From a bacterium (GTDB taxonomy: Bacteria > Omnitrophota > Gorgyraeia > Zapsychrales > Zapsychraceae), in the NCBI GenBank assembly GCA_030429765.1, contig JAUIER010000001.1, positions 1,014-65,013 on the forward strand: 64,000 bases of DNA, read 5' to 3'. The notes beneath the pieces were generated by a model that did not search any database, was not told where the DNA came from, and worked only from the letters and a program-made list of their open reading frames with translations. Position numbers and translations under genes: made by a program. The stretch's first letter is position 1; each line of letters opens with the position of its first letter. This document shows, in pieces, positions 8,712 through 18,435 of the stretch.

Positions 8712-10819
8712 AGGAGAACAAGTTGGGACACCGCGGGATCCACGTGTTGATGGGCATCGCCGCATTGATCTGGATGATTCCCTTTGCGGCGTTTTTTAAG
8801 CGCGAGATCGCCCTTTTCCCCGACGGATGGTCCTATTTCAACTGGACACGCTTTGTATATGACAATATTACACGAGGTGTGTATCCGCTGTGGCAGCCGT
8901 TTGATAATTGGGGATACCCGGTAGGGTTCAAGATTCGGTTTCTAGGCGAGTTCAATCCGCTGTTCTTGCTGATGATGATCCCCTATAAGCTGGGGATATC
9001 CTATCCTGTGGTTTATTTTGCATATGCGGTCGGATACTTTTTGCTCGGTATTTACGGGTTTTATCGAATCTGCCTGCATTTGACGCAGGATCAAATTTCG
9101 GCCTATCTGGGTTTTATCATATTGCTTTTTTCCAATATGGGGATCGCGATATTTTTCAATTATTGCGAGATTGCCTTATTTGTGCCGGCGGTTTGGTTCT
9201 TTTATTTTTTCCTGACGTTTTGTTCCGGGCCGACACGTTCATCACTCATCGGGATGACATTCGCGGTGATGATGATCTTGACGACCTACATGCCGTTTTA
9301 TTTTCTGACTGCTTTTTTAGCCTTTTTGGTCATCGCTGCTGTTTTGTACATGCGCGATTTGAAACCGATTCTGGTCCAGAGTCTCCGGTTTTTAATCCAG
9401 CATCGCGGATTAACGGTCTTGTGTGTGGCCGCTATACTTGTTTCAGCCGTACCGGGTTATATCACCTACAAGGAAACCGGGTCCAGCGAATTCAGTTATG
9501 ATCATCGAAAGGCTGACTCGTCGGAGAGCGCGGTGACAACAGGGGTCTCGATGGTCAACGCAGGGAGTATTCTGGGGCCGGTGACATGGCGGGGACTGTT
9601 ATTCGGACAAAAGTATCAGGACAATTATTTGTCCTACTTTTTTCTGCCGGCCGGGGCCATATTTATCCTGTTGATGACCATTTTTAATCCGTTTAACCGG
9701 CGGCTCGCGCTGTGTTTGGGGGTGGCCCTGGGTATGTTCTATATTGTGATCACCAACGCGTCGGGGGTGACACAGTTTCTGTATGATCGCGTGTTCTTTT
9801 TTAGAATCATGCGGAATATTTTCTATCTATTCTATCTGGCCGTTCCATTTGTAGTTTTTTTCGTGGTGGAACAGCTTCGGATTTGGATGGCGTCGGAAAA
9901 GCAGAATGGATCGATCTCAAGAATTTGGATTCTGTTGGTGGCGACGGGACTGATCGTATATCTCAAGATTCAAGGTCACGCGCTGGTATCTATTTATATC
10001 TCGGTTATCGGCATAGCATCGGCGCTGATTTTTAACGTTCAAAATTTTTCAAGATGGGCCTTTGCACTAGCCGTGACGTTTTTCTTTTTGGTTCATCCGA
10101 TCGATGTGTACCGTCATTATGTGTCGAATGTGGCTGAGGTCATCCCGGCCGGGGAAATCTTCGAGCCGCGGCATCCGAAATTTCACTATCAACGACCGGA
10201 CTTCGGCACCAAGCCGGCGTTTGCGGCCCATGAGTTTGAGGAAAGTTCAGGGTTCACCCTACAGAAATTTGCCGGGACGCAGGGGGCGGCATTGCTGCAG
10301 AACAATACCGATCCCGGGGCGATGAGCCGATATACACGCAATAAATTTATTGCCTATGATCAGACCGTCACGCAATCGTTCGCATCACAAAACTGGTTTC
10401 AGATCGGCCGGCATTTGATTGAATTGCAGAACGAGGCGATTGTCGTGGGCGACGGAGAATCAATCCGTCAGGCGCCGGCGTCGGCCCAGGTGATTTCGTC
10501 GGATTCGGACTTGTTCCGGGTCACGCACTTTGATTTGAACACCATCAGTTTTGAAACCAATTTCCCGACGAGAAAATTTATCGTTTACAACGATAGCTAT
10601 CACAGCGGATGGACGGCCCGTGTCAATGGAGAAGCCGGACCGATATGGCAGAGTAATATCGCTTTTAAAGGGCTGTGGCTTGAGGCGGGACCGAATCTAG
10701 TCCAGTTACGCTTCGGTTCGGTATGGCTCGAACGATTTTATTTTTTGCTGATGATCGTATTCATGTTGGTCTTTGCCGGGTTAATCCATCTACTTGTCCA
10801 GGAGCGATCGCGTGAATAA
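8708..10819 (+). CDS. Large polytopic membrane protein, YfhO-like/GT-C-like (many TM helices, a C-terminal extracytoplasmic domain, and a terminal TM anchor)
   Basis: ~13 predicted hydrophobic helices, then a ~200-aa soluble segment, then a final helix 'FLLMIVFMLVFAGLIHLL'. The ATG at 8708 overlaps the GT4 stop (ATGA). Confidence 0.5.
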   Translation: MKENKLGHRGIHVLMGIAALIWMIPFAAFFKREIALFPDGWSYFNWTRFVYDNITRGVYPLWQPFDNWGYPVGFKIRFLGEFNPLFLLMMIPYKLGISYPVVYFAYAVGYFLLGIYGFYRICLHLTQDQISAYLGFIILLFSNMGIAIFFNYCEIALFVPAVWFFYFFLTFCSGPTRSSLIGMTFAVMMILTTYMPFYFLTAFLAFLVIAAVLYMRDLKPILVQSLRFLIQHRGLTVLCVAAILVSAVPGYITYKETGSSEFSYDHRKADSSESAVTTGVSMVNAGSILGPVTWRGLLFGQKYQDNYLSYFFLPAGAIFILLMTIFNPFNRRLALCLGVALGMFYIVITNASGVTQFLYDRVFFFRIMRNIFYLFYLAVPFVVFFVVEQLRIWMASEKQNGSISRIWILLVATGLIVYLKIQGHALVSIYISVIGIASALIFNVQNFSRWAFALAVTFFFLVHPIDVYRHYVSNVAEVIPAGEIFEPRHPKFHYQRPDFGTKPAFAAHEFEESSGFTLQKFAGTQGAALLQNNTDPGAMSRYTRNKFIAYDQTVTQSFASQNWFQIGRHLIELQNEAIVVGDGESIRQAPASAQVISSDSDLFRVTHFDLNTISFETNFPTRKFIVYNDSYHSGWTARVNGEAGPIWQSNIAFKGLWLEAGPNLVQLRFGSVWLERFYFLLMIVFMLVFAGLIHLLVQERSRE

Positions 10820-11507
10820 ATATGTGGGGTGGATCAATCGATCGTTGGTTGTTTATCTTATTGTTGGTGGATTGATTTATGTGACGATCGATCATCAACA
10901 GGCCACGATCAAGATTCTCAATCATGACCGGAATGCCGCGCGCTATGTCAATCGACACGCGCTTCGGCCGGATGTTGAATTCGACGAGGCCAAGTTTTAT
11001 AAAGCGGGAGAGTATCAGCGGCGATTGATCAAACTTTTACCCGATGAGTATTTGAGTCATGGTGTTTTGGGTTATATTTATTATCAGCTAGGCGATATCC
11101 CGCGGGCGATACGGTCTTATCAGCGCGCGGCGCGAGTGCGGCCGGAACTATTCGGGTTTCATTACAACCTCGGCTTGATCCATTTTCAAAATCAGGATTG
11201 GGAGCAGGCCGTTGCTTCCTTTGATAAGGCGCTGGCTGCAGGACCCACGGCATCAATCGAACATCATCAGGTGATTGCGCGCCAAATGCTTGACGGCCCC
11301 AATCAGCAGGCGTGGATCCAGTCCAAGGCCGGACAACTCAAACAGGCCTATGAATTGACGCAGCTTTTAAGAAGCAAGGCACAGCAGCGGCAGGGACTCA
11401 GTGAGGCTGAGAACGCATCCTTGTACTACTACGTGCCGGAAATGGAAACGGGGATTAAACCATTAGATGTTATTGTTAACCATCGGAAAACAGGTGAATC
11501 TTTATGA
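10812..11507 (+). CDS. TPR-repeat protein with an N-terminal TM anchor
   Basis: The TPR-like repeats ('[19 protein letters not shown]', '[16 protein letters not shown]') suggest this call. The track ORF starts with TTG at 10794. GTG at 10812 overlaps the upstream stop, so the start is uncertain. Confidence 0.55.
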   Translation: MNKYVGWINRSLVVYLIVGGLIYVTIDHQQATIKILNHDRNAARYVNRHALRPDVEFDEAKFYKAGEYQRRLIKLLPDEYLSHGVLGYIYYQLGDIPRAIRSYQRAARVRPELFGFHYNLGLIHFQNQDWEQAVASFDKALAAGPTASIEHHQVIARQMLDGPNQQAWIQSKAGQLKQAYELTQLLRSKAQQRQGLSEAENASLYYYVPEMETGIKPLDVIVNHRKTGESL

Positions 11508-12088
11508 GCAAATCAAACGTGAAGGTCCATGAAACGGCCTGGGTGGATGAAGGGGCAACCATTGGGGACGGCACAGCGATCTGGCATTTTTGTCATGTCA
11601 TGAGCGGCGCGCGCATCGGTCAAAATTGCAAGATCGGACAAAATGTCGTTGTACATCCCACCGCGGTGATTGGAAACGGGGTTAAGATCCAGAACAATGT
11701 CTCTGTGTACGATGCCGTGACACTGGAGGATGAGGTGTTTTGCGGTCCGTCCTGTGTGTTTACCAATATTATTAATCCGCGTTCGGCGATCAATCGGAAT
11801 TCTGATAAATTCTTCCGGCGGACGTTGGTGAAAAAGGGTGCGACCATCGGCGCGAATGCCACCATAGTCTGCGGCGTAACGCTGGGGCGGTATGCCTTCG
11901 TGGGGGCCGGAGCGGTGGTTACGCGGGACGTGCCGGACTACACGCTGGTTTACGGAAACCCTGCCCGCGCAATGGGTTGGGCATGTGAATGCGGCGAGCG
12001 GATTGAATTTTCAGCGTCCCGGGCGACTTGTGCCGCCTGTCAGCGTAAATACAGCTATGACAACGGTTTAGTGTCCAACGTCCTGTAA
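11504..12088 (+). CDS. Left-handed beta-helix (hexapeptide) N-acetyltransferase, WbpD/WlbB-like (UDP-2-acetamido-3-amino-2,3-dideoxy sugar N-acetyltransferase). It has a C-terminal Cys4 tail
   Basis: '[25 protein letters not shown]...[10 protein letters not shown]...[11 protein letters not shown]' closely resembles WbpD-family proteins. The C-terminus is 'CECG...CAAC'. There is an ATGA overlap with the TPR gene. Confidence 0.75.
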   Translation: MSKSNVKVHETAWVDEGATIGDGTAIWHFCHVMSGARIGQNCKIGQNVVVHPTAVIGNGVKIQNNVSVYDAVTLEDEVFCGPSCVFTNIINPRSAINRNSDKFFRRTLVKKGATIGANATIVCGVTLGRYAFVGAGAVVTRDVPDYTLVYGNPARAMGWACECGERIEFSASRATCAACQRKYSYDNGLVSNVL

Positions 12089-12115
12089 TTATCTGTCCAC
12101 GGTCTCAAAAATAAT

Positions 12116-12144
12116 TTGCCAAGCCCAGAGCGGATGTATATAAT
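12116..12144 (+). promoter_or_regulatory. Sigma70-type promoter upstream of trxA: TTGCCA, 17-nt spacer, TATAAT
   Basis: TTGCCA is at 12116-12121 and TATAAT at 12139-12144. An AAAGGAG RBS sits at 12183-12189, 5 nt before the trxA ATG. A GGATGT..ACATCC inverted repeat overlaps the -10 element. Confidence 0.5.
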
Positions 12145-12194
12145 ACACATCCACTAACAACCTTATAAATAATACTACATATAAAGGAGTCCGG

Positions 12195-12518
12195 ATGAGC
12201 GCAACACATCTGACAGAGCAGAATTTTGAGAAGGAAGTCATCAAGTCTGACATTCCCGTTTTGGTGGATTTTTGGGCGGAGTGGTGCGGTCCCTGCAAGA
12301 TGATCAGTCCGATTATTGATGAAATTGCCGAGGAACTCAGTGGAAAGCTGAAAGTGACAAAGCTCAATGTGGATGACGCGCAGGAACTTGCGGCCAAATT
12401 CAGTATTTTGTCGATTCCGACATTGCTGGTTTTCAAGAATGGTGAGCCGGTTGAGCAAATTGTCGGGGCGATGTCTAAAGATCAGTTGCTGGAAAAGATC
12501 AATCCGCAGTTGGCGTAG
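12195..12518 (+). CDS. trxA: Thioredoxin
   Basis: 'WAEWCGPCK' active site, 107 aa. Confidence 0.95.
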   Translation: MSATHLTEQNFEKEVIKSDIPVLVDFWAEWCGPCKMISPIIDEIAEELSGKLKVTKLNVDDAQELAAKFSILSIPTLLVFKNGEPVEQIVGAMSKDQLLEKINPQLA

Positions 12519-12529
12519 GAAAATATTTT

Positions 12530-12880
12530 ATGACGATAGAGTTTTGCTATTCAAAGATAACGTACGCGGTTGTGACGCAGGCGGAATTGTATTACGAAGG
12601 CAGTATCACCATTGACGAAAAGATATTGCAGGCCGCCGAGATTGTACCGGGACAGAAACTGCAGATTGTAAATATCAATAATGGTCAGCGGTTTGAGACC
12701 TATGCCATTGCCGGTGAGGCCGGATCGGGGGCGATTTGTCTTAATGGACCGGCGGCCCGGTTGGGTATGGTCGGTGATCAGATCCACATCCTGAGTTATG
12801 TTCATGTCGACCGGGATCAGGCCCGTTCGATGAAGACCCGGGTGATTGATCTGGGCGAGGGCAATCAGATCAAATCATGA
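12530..12880 (+). CDS. panD: Aspartate 1-decarboxylase
   Basis: 'YEGSITID' (Gly-Ser self-cleavage site) and 'NGPAARL' motifs. 116 aa. Confidence 0.9.
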   Translation: MTIEFCYSKITYAVVTQAELYYEGSITIDEKILQAAEIVPGQKLQIVNINNGQRFETYAIAGEAGSGAICLNGPAARLGMVGDQIHILSYVHVDRDQARSMKTRVIDLGEGNQIKS

Positions 12881-13386
12881 AAATTCCCCCGTTGAAAGTC
12901 CGGTTATATGGCGATCCGTGTCTGCGGGAGCCGGCCCAGACGGTCGAAGAAGTGGGAATTGTGGAGATCATGCTGATCGATGCCATGATTGAGACCATGA
13001 TCCGATACAAGGGCATTGGACTGGCCGCACCGCAAGTCGGGATTAGCCGGCGGATTCTCGTGGCAGATATCGGCGACGGTCCGATCGCGCTGATCAATCC
13101 GGAGATCAAAAAACAATCCGGCTCGGGCGTGCTGGAAGAAGGATGTCTCAGTATTCCCGAGGTGAATCTCAATATCACACGGGCGAAATCGATCGTGGTC
13201 GAGTACCGCGATATCAACAACCAAGTCGTCCAAAAAAAATTTAAGGATCTGATGGCGCGGGTCATTCTGCATGAAACCGATCACCTCAACGGCAAGATGA
13301 TCGTGGATTACGCCACCAAAGAAGATTTGGAAAAGATTCAGCCTCAACTGACGTTGCTGGAAGAACGGCAGAAGAAAGCTTCATAA
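12877..13386 (+). CDS. def: Peptide deformylase
   Basis: 'GIGLAAPQVG', 'EGCLSIPE' and 'HETDHLNG' motifs. Confidence 0.95.
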   Translation: MKIPPLKVRLYGDPCLREPAQTVEEVGIVEIMLIDAMIETMIRYKGIGLAAPQVGISRRILVADIGDGPIALINPEIKKQSGSGVLEEGCLSIPEVNLNITRAKSIVVEYRDINNQVVQKKFKDLMARVILHETDHLNGKMIVDYATKEDLEKIQPQLTLLEERQKKAS

Positions 13387-13404
13387 CCACTCAAATTTTT
13401 CATC

Positions 13405-14313
13405 ATGGTTCAAATCGTCGACGAGAAATTACCGGAAAATCAGCCATTACCCAAATGGTTCCGTCAGGAACTGCCGGACATGGACCGGATCCGGGAAATG
13501 AAAAAAATGTTCCGTTCATCCGGCCTGCATACGGTTTGTGAAAGCGCCCGTTGTCCGAATATCGGTAAATGCTGGGGAGAGGGCGTAGCGACCTTTATGA
13601 TCCTGGGAGAGATTTGTACCCGTGCGTGTCGTTTTTGCGCGGTCAAGGCCGGCCGGCCGATGGATGTCGATCCGGATGAGCCGCGAAACGTCGCCCAGGC
13701 CGTAAAAGATTTGAATCTGCGTTACGTGGTGATCACTTCGGTGGCCCGGGACGACATTCCCGATGAAGGAGCGGAACATTTTTATCAAACTATTCGGCAG
13801 ATCCGTTCTCTCAGTCCGCAAACCAAGATTGAAGTATTAATCCCGGATTTTTCCAACAAACAGCCGAGTATCGAGCGATTGATCGAAGCACATCCGGAGG
13901 TTGTGAGCCACAATATCGAAAGCGTCCGCCGGGTGTCCAGCCGAATCCGCCCGCAGGCGCAATACGACCGCTCACTCGATGTCCTGCGTAATTTTAAGAA
14001 ATTCGGTCCGGATATCTTCACCAAATCGAGCTTCATGCTCGGACTCGGAGAGACACATGACGAGATTGAAGAGGTCATGCGCGATCTTCTGAATGCCGAT
14101 GTGGATATTCTGACCATCGGCCAATATCTCCAACCCACACAATTAAAGCGACACATTCCCGTCGAACATTTTTATACACCTCAGGAATTTGATTTTTACA
14201 AACAGCTTGGTTTGAAGATGGGGTTCAAGCACGTGATGAGCGGTCCGCTGGTCCGCAGCTCGTTCATCGCCGAGGAAGGGTATAAAGAATGCTTCGGAAA
14301 AGTCAATGCCTGA
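13405..14313 (+). CDS. lipA: Lipoyl synthase
   Basis: 'CESARCPNIGKCW' and 'CTRACRFCAV' Fe-S/radical-SAM cysteine motifs. Confidence 0.95.
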   Translation: MVQIVDEKLPENQPLPKWFRQELPDMDRIREMKKMFRSSGLHTVCESARCPNIGKCWGEGVATFMILGEICTRACRFCAVKAGRPMDVDPDEPRNVAQAVKDLNLRYVVITSVARDDIPDEGAEHFYQTIRQIRSLSPQTKIEVLIPDFSNKQPSIERLIEAHPEVVSHNIESVRRVSSRIRPQAQYDRSLDVLRNFKKFGPDIFTKSSFMLGLGETHDEIEEVMRDLLNADVDILTIGQYLQPTQLKRHIPVEHFYTPQEFDFYKQLGLKMGFKHVMSGPLVRSSFIAEEGYKECFGKVNA

Positions 14314-14381
14314 TCAGGACGTTCAGCGGAATTGTCCAGCAGGTTTTCATTAACCCACATGGAATGCGCGTTTAATCCCTT

Positions 14382-15365
14382 ATGAAAAAATTTTTGAATT
14401 ACATACTCCGAGTCGGAATCAGTGTGGCCCTGTTATGGTGGCTGTTTTCCAAAAAGATTGACCTGCCCAGCACGATTGAGGTCTTGAAAAATGCCGACTT
14501 GCCGTTTATCGGTCTGGCATTCGCCATCTTTGTCTTCACGAACATTGTAATTTTGATCCGCTGGATCATATTTATTCGCGCTCTCGAACTGGATATCCCT
14601 TTAGGGGAAATCATTCGATATTGTCTGATCGGTTTGTTCGGAAATCTGTTCCTGCCAAGCGCGATCGGCGGCGACGCGATCAAGATCTATGGGCTTTGCA
14701 AAAGCACACCGCATAAGGCCAAGGTAGTGGCTTCGATTCTGCTCGACCGGCTCTGCGGATATATTGGACTGGTGGTTGTGGTGATCGGCGCGTTTATCGT
14801 CGGGCACAAACACATTACCGACCCCACCATTACCTACGCGATTTTGCTGGTCATTCCTGGAACATTTGTCGTTATGACGGTGTTATTCAATGAAGCGGTG
14901 TATGAATTCTGCTGCCGTTTGTTCAACGGCATTCCCAAGATTAAAAACGCGTTGATGCAGATGCATTATGATATTGCGTTACTCAAAGGAAATAAAAAAT
15001 CCGGATTTGCCGGCCTGGCCCTGTCATGTGTGTCGCATGTCCTGCTGGCTGTGTTGTCATTTTATATCGCCAAAGGGTTGGGGCAGAGTGTCAGCCTGAT
15101 CTATTTTCTGCTCTTCTTCCCGCTGATCAGTATGGCGGCGGCCTTGCCGTCTCTGGGAGGATTGGGCGTGCGTGAGGCGGCCGCGGTGTACTTTTTTGGC
15201 AAGATCGGGATCGATTCGGGAATCGCGGCGAGTATCACGCTGATGACGTACATCTACATGGTGATCATCGGACTTATTGGGGGAGCGGTTTATGTCTTTA
15301 CACTATCTTCTGGACGGATACAACATCCTGCACCAGATGCCCCGGCTGACGGAACTGGACATTGA
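14382..15365 (+). CDS. Membrane protein with a flippase-like / LPG-synthase TM-region domain (UPF0104)
   Basis: ~8 TM helices. 'PSAIGGDAIKIYG' is the conserved GGD motif of this family. Confidence 0.6.
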   Translation: MKKFLNYILRVGISVALLWWLFSKKIDLPSTIEVLKNADLPFIGLAFAIFVFTNIVILIRWIIFIRALELDIPLGEIIRYCLIGLFGNLFLPSAIGGDAIKIYGLCKSTPHKAKVVASILLDRLCGYIGLVVVVIGAFIVGHKHITDPTITYAILLVIPGTFVVMTVLFNEAVYEFCCRLFNGIPKIKNALMQMHYDIALLKGNKKSGFAGLALSCVSHVLLAVLSFYIAKGLGQSVSLIYFLLFFPLISMAAALPSLGGLGVREAAAVYFFGKIGIDSGIAASITLMTYIYMVIIGLIGGAVYVFTLSSGRIQHPAPDAPADGTGH

Positions 15366-15786
15366 TCAGCAGCGATTGATTCTGGTCCGGGAGATCGAGA
15401 AGCAGCGACCGCATGGCCGGCAGCGAAACCAGATCACCATCTATTTTGATGGGCGGCCGGGCCCGGTTCAGCCGATCCAGTCGTCGGTGGTCAAGGTTCA
15501 GTTCACGTATGATGACACGGCGGATGACCGGATTAAGACGGCCGTGCATGAGGCCTCGAACAGCCGGAATATTGTAGTTGTCACCGATGATCGCGCGATT
15601 CAGTACGCGGTCCGCGCGTATGGGGCCAAGGTCTGGACAGTCAAAGAATTTCTAGACCGATTGAATAAAACGTCCGCCGGTTCAGGTTCAAGCAGCGGCA
15701 GCAATCGCGGAATTTCGGCGCAGTCCGCCGAACAGATTAATTCTGAGCTGGAAGACATATGGCTCCGGAAAAAATCAGATGAATGA
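15292..15786 (+). CDS. NYN-domain (YacP-like) predicted RNA-binding protein/nuclease
   Basis: The N-terminus 'MSLHYLLDGYNILH' matches YacP-type NYN domains. The gene overlaps the upstream membrane-protein gene by ~70 nt (track start 15277). Confidence 0.6.
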   Translation: MSLHYLLDGYNILHQMPRLTELDIDQQRLILVREIEKQRPHGRQRNQITIYFDGRPGPVQPIQSSVVKVQFTYDDTADDRIKTAVHEASNSRNIVVVTDDRAIQYAVRAYGAKVWTVKEFLDRLNKTSAGSGSSSGSNRGISAQSAEQINSELEDIWLRKKSDE

Positions 15787-15847
15787 GACCACATAACGGT
15801 CAAAACTGTTTCTATCACCAAAAATTTCTATTATAATAAAACCGCCC

Positions 15848-16618
15848 ATGAAATCATTTTTTGAGTCAATGGTGAACATCGTCAGAGGCATGGGAGACGC
15901 TCTTTGGTTTTTATGTGACATACTCGGACATATTTTGTGCGGTCGGATTCGTATCGGGGAAGTCCTCAAACAGGTGTATGAACAGGGTGTTCAGTCGGTG
16001 ATTATTATCACCTTGACCTCGGTGGCCTCCGGTATGGTGTTAGCGCTCCAGGGCTATGTGGCGATGAGCCGCTTCGGGGCCAAAGAATACATATCTCATT
16101 TAGTGGCTTTGTCTTTGGTGCGCGAATTAAGTCCGGTATTCACGGCACTGGTGTTTTCAGGAAAGGCCGGCGCGCGGATTACGGCTGAATTGGGGACGAT
16201 GAATGTCAACAGTCAGATCCTGGCGACCAAGACCATGGGGGTGGATCCGGTGGAATACCTGGTCGTGCCGCGGTTTTTGGGGACGATTATCGCGCTACCC
16301 GTGTTGACGATCATCTCAGAGATCGTCGGTATCGCCGGAGGCTATCTGATCGGGGTCTACGAGGCCAACATCCCCGGGGCTTTCTACATCAATCAGACGA
16401 TCAAGGCCATCCGCTACGTGGATTTTTTCAGCGGATTTATAAAAGTGGCATTTTTTTCATTTATTATTTCCTGGGTCTGCTGTTATCAAGGTTATTTCAC
16501 CCGCGGCGGATCGCTGGGCGTGGGTCAATACACCACCAAGGCGGTGGCGTATTCGTATATATACATCATTATTTCCAACACACTCTTAACCAAGTTCATT
16601 CTAACCTTTTGGGGTTAA
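15848..16618 (+). CDS. mlaE: MlaE-family ABC transporter permease
   Basis: The length, TM pattern and conserved MlaE region 'LVRELSPVFTALVFSGKAGARITAELGTM' support this call. Confidence 0.85.
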   Translation: MKSFFESMVNIVRGMGDALWFLCDILGHILCGRIRIGEVLKQVYEQGVQSVIIITLTSVASGMVLALQGYVAMSRFGAKEYISHLVALSLVRELSPVFTALVFSGKAGARITAELGTMNVNSQILATKTMGVDPVEYLVVPRFLGTIIALPVLTIISEIVGIAGGYLIGVYEANIPGAFYINQTIKAIRYVDFFSGFIKVAFFSFIISWVCCYQGYFTRGGSLGVGQYTTKAVAYSYIYIIISNTLLTKFILTFWG

Positions 16619-16627
16619 GGAGGGATT

Positions 16628-16975
16628 GTGATACGTAGGACTTCGACAACGATAGTATGCATGATCGGTTTGATGATCGCGCTGTCCGGCTGTTCATCCA
16701 ATGGCGTCGGGAATAGAGGAAATGTGCCGTCATATGCCTTTGGGAATATGGAGGCGGAGTGGATCCGTAACGGTGAGCCCGTGGAGTTTGAAGGTCAGAT
16801 GTGGTATCCGGCCGATGGGATCGAGAGTTTGACCGACATGGAAGTTTATCCGATCAGTGAGTACCGGGGTGTTAAGATCTTTGTGGACAAGACGGATGTC
16901 CGGCCCTTTGACCGGGTGTACACAAAGTTCGGTGTCAACAAGTACCGATACTTTAAACCCAGATCTGCATTATGA
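16628..16975 (+). CDS. Small putative lipoprotein inserted in the mla operon
   Basis: GTG start preceded by AAGGAGGGA. The signal peptide has the lipobox 'ALSGC'. 115 aa, with no recognisable family. Confidence 0.5.
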   Translation: MIRRTSTTIVCMIGLMIALSGCSSNGVGNRGNVPSYAFGNMEAEWIRNGEPVEFEGQMWYPADGIESLTDMEVYPISEYRGVKIFVDKTDVRPFDRVYTKFGVNKYRYFKPRSAL

Positions 16976-17688
16976 TCGAACTGACGAATGTCTCCAAAAC
17001 ATTTTCCGGGCAGAAAATTCTGGATGATATCAGCCTTCAAATCGGCACTGGAGAAATTGTCGTTATTCTGGGTGAGAGCGGGACAGGAAAAAGTGTTCTG
17101 CTCAAGCATATCATCGGACTGATCAAGCCGGATCAGGGCCACATCAAGATCGATGGTCAGGATATCAGCCGGTTGTCGGAACGAAAGTTGCTGAATGTGC
17201 GTAAGAAGATCGGTTTTTTGTTTCAGGAAGGCGCGCTCTACGACTTCATGAATTGTTTCGACAACATTGCGTTTCCACTGCGGGAACACACCCGGATGAA
17301 AGAGCGGGTGATTAAAGAGAAGATCCAGAAGATTCTCAAATTGATTGACCTGCAGGGTGTTGAAGATAAGTTGCCCTCGCAGTTATCCGGCGGGATGAAA
17401 AAACGTGTGGCCCTCGCCCGGGCGATTGTGCTGGATTCCAAGATCCTGTTTTGCGATGAACCGACGTCGGGTCTGGACCCGATCCGCAGCCGTGACATTT
17501 CGGACCTGATCCGCAATGTGTCCAAGGAGCTTAATTGTACGACGGTGATCACGTCTCATGATATTAAAAATTCATTCCGTGTGGCGGACCGGCTGATCCT
17601 GCTCGGCAAGGGCAAGATCATCGCGGACGGCAACCGGAGTTTCTTTGAGCAATCCAATTTACCGCAAGTTCAGGAATTTATCAGCTGA
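16972..17688 (+). CDS. mlaF: MlaF-type ABC transporter ATP-binding protein
   Basis: Walker A 'GESGTGKS' and signature 'LSGGMKKR'. Confidence 0.9.
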   Translation: MIELTNVSKTFSGQKILDDISLQIGTGEIVVILGESGTGKSVLLKHIIGLIKPDQGHIKIDGQDISRLSERKLLNVRKKIGFLFQEGALYDFMNCFDNIAFPLREHTRMKERVIKEKIQKILKLIDLQGVEDKLPSQLSGGMKKRVALARAIVLDSKILFCDEPTSGLDPIRSRDISDLIRNVSKELNCTTVITSHDIKNSFRVADRLILLGKGKIIADGNRSFFEQSNLPQVQEFIS

Positions 17689-17697
17689 GGTTTCTAT

Positions 17698-18369
17698 ATG
17701 AATTTAAGAGATTTTACTAAAAGTTTTATGGCCGGATTGTTCTTTATTGTCGGGGTGCTGCTGATCGTTGGCTTTGTCTTTACGTTGGGCAAGGACAAAG
17801 GATTGGCCAAGGCCAAATTTCAGATTCCGGTGTTGTTTAACAATGTCGGCGGTCTGTCTGAAGGCGCGCCGGCCCGTTTGGCGGGTGTTACCGTCGGGGG
17901 CGTATCCAGCATAGACTTTCTCCAAAAACCGGTGGAAGGGCGCCGTGTAGTGGTCACGATCAGTGTGCTCGATAAATACCGGCCGCAGTTTGACAATAGC
18001 GTCAAGTTCGCGATTGTCACCGAAGGGGTGTTGGGTGAGAAGCTGATGGAAATCAAGATTCTGGATGGCGGTGATAAATTGAATTTATCTCAGCCGATCT
18101 TCGGTGAAGATCCGTTAGAGGTTTCCGATCTGGTGGAGGTATTCACATCTGCGGCGGATTCGTTTACCAAGACGGCCGAGGAAATCAGTCAGATCGACAT
18201 GGTGGAACTATCGACTGTGATGCGTGATTCGTCCAAGGCCCTGTTGATCACAGCCGACGGTCTCAATGCCATGATGGACGAGCTGTATGACATCACGCGA
18301 AAATCCAAGCGGATCTTCGATCGGATCGAACAAAAGGTCATCGAAGGGGATTTATTCAAAGTTTTTTAG
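17698..18369 (+). CDS. mlaD: MlaD/MCE-domain periplasmic substrate-binding component
   Basis: An N-terminal TM anchor plus an MCE domain. It follows mlaF. Confidence 0.8.
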   Translation: MNLRDFTKSFMAGLFFIVGVLLIVGFVFTLGKDKGLAKAKFQIPVLFNNVGGLSEGAPARLAGVTVGGVSSIDFLQKPVEGRRVVVTISVLDKYRPQFDNSVKFAIVTEGVLGEKLMEIKILDGGDKLNLSQPIFGEDPLEVSDLVEVFTSAADSFTKTAEEISQIDMVELSTVMRDSSKALLITADGLNAMMDELYDITRKSKRIFDRIEQKVIEGDLFKVF

Positions 18370-18435
18370 AAGGTGAACGCCCGCATTCACTTGCGTCAAC
18401 CTAGTCGGGCTCATGAAATCAGAGAGGAACACGAT

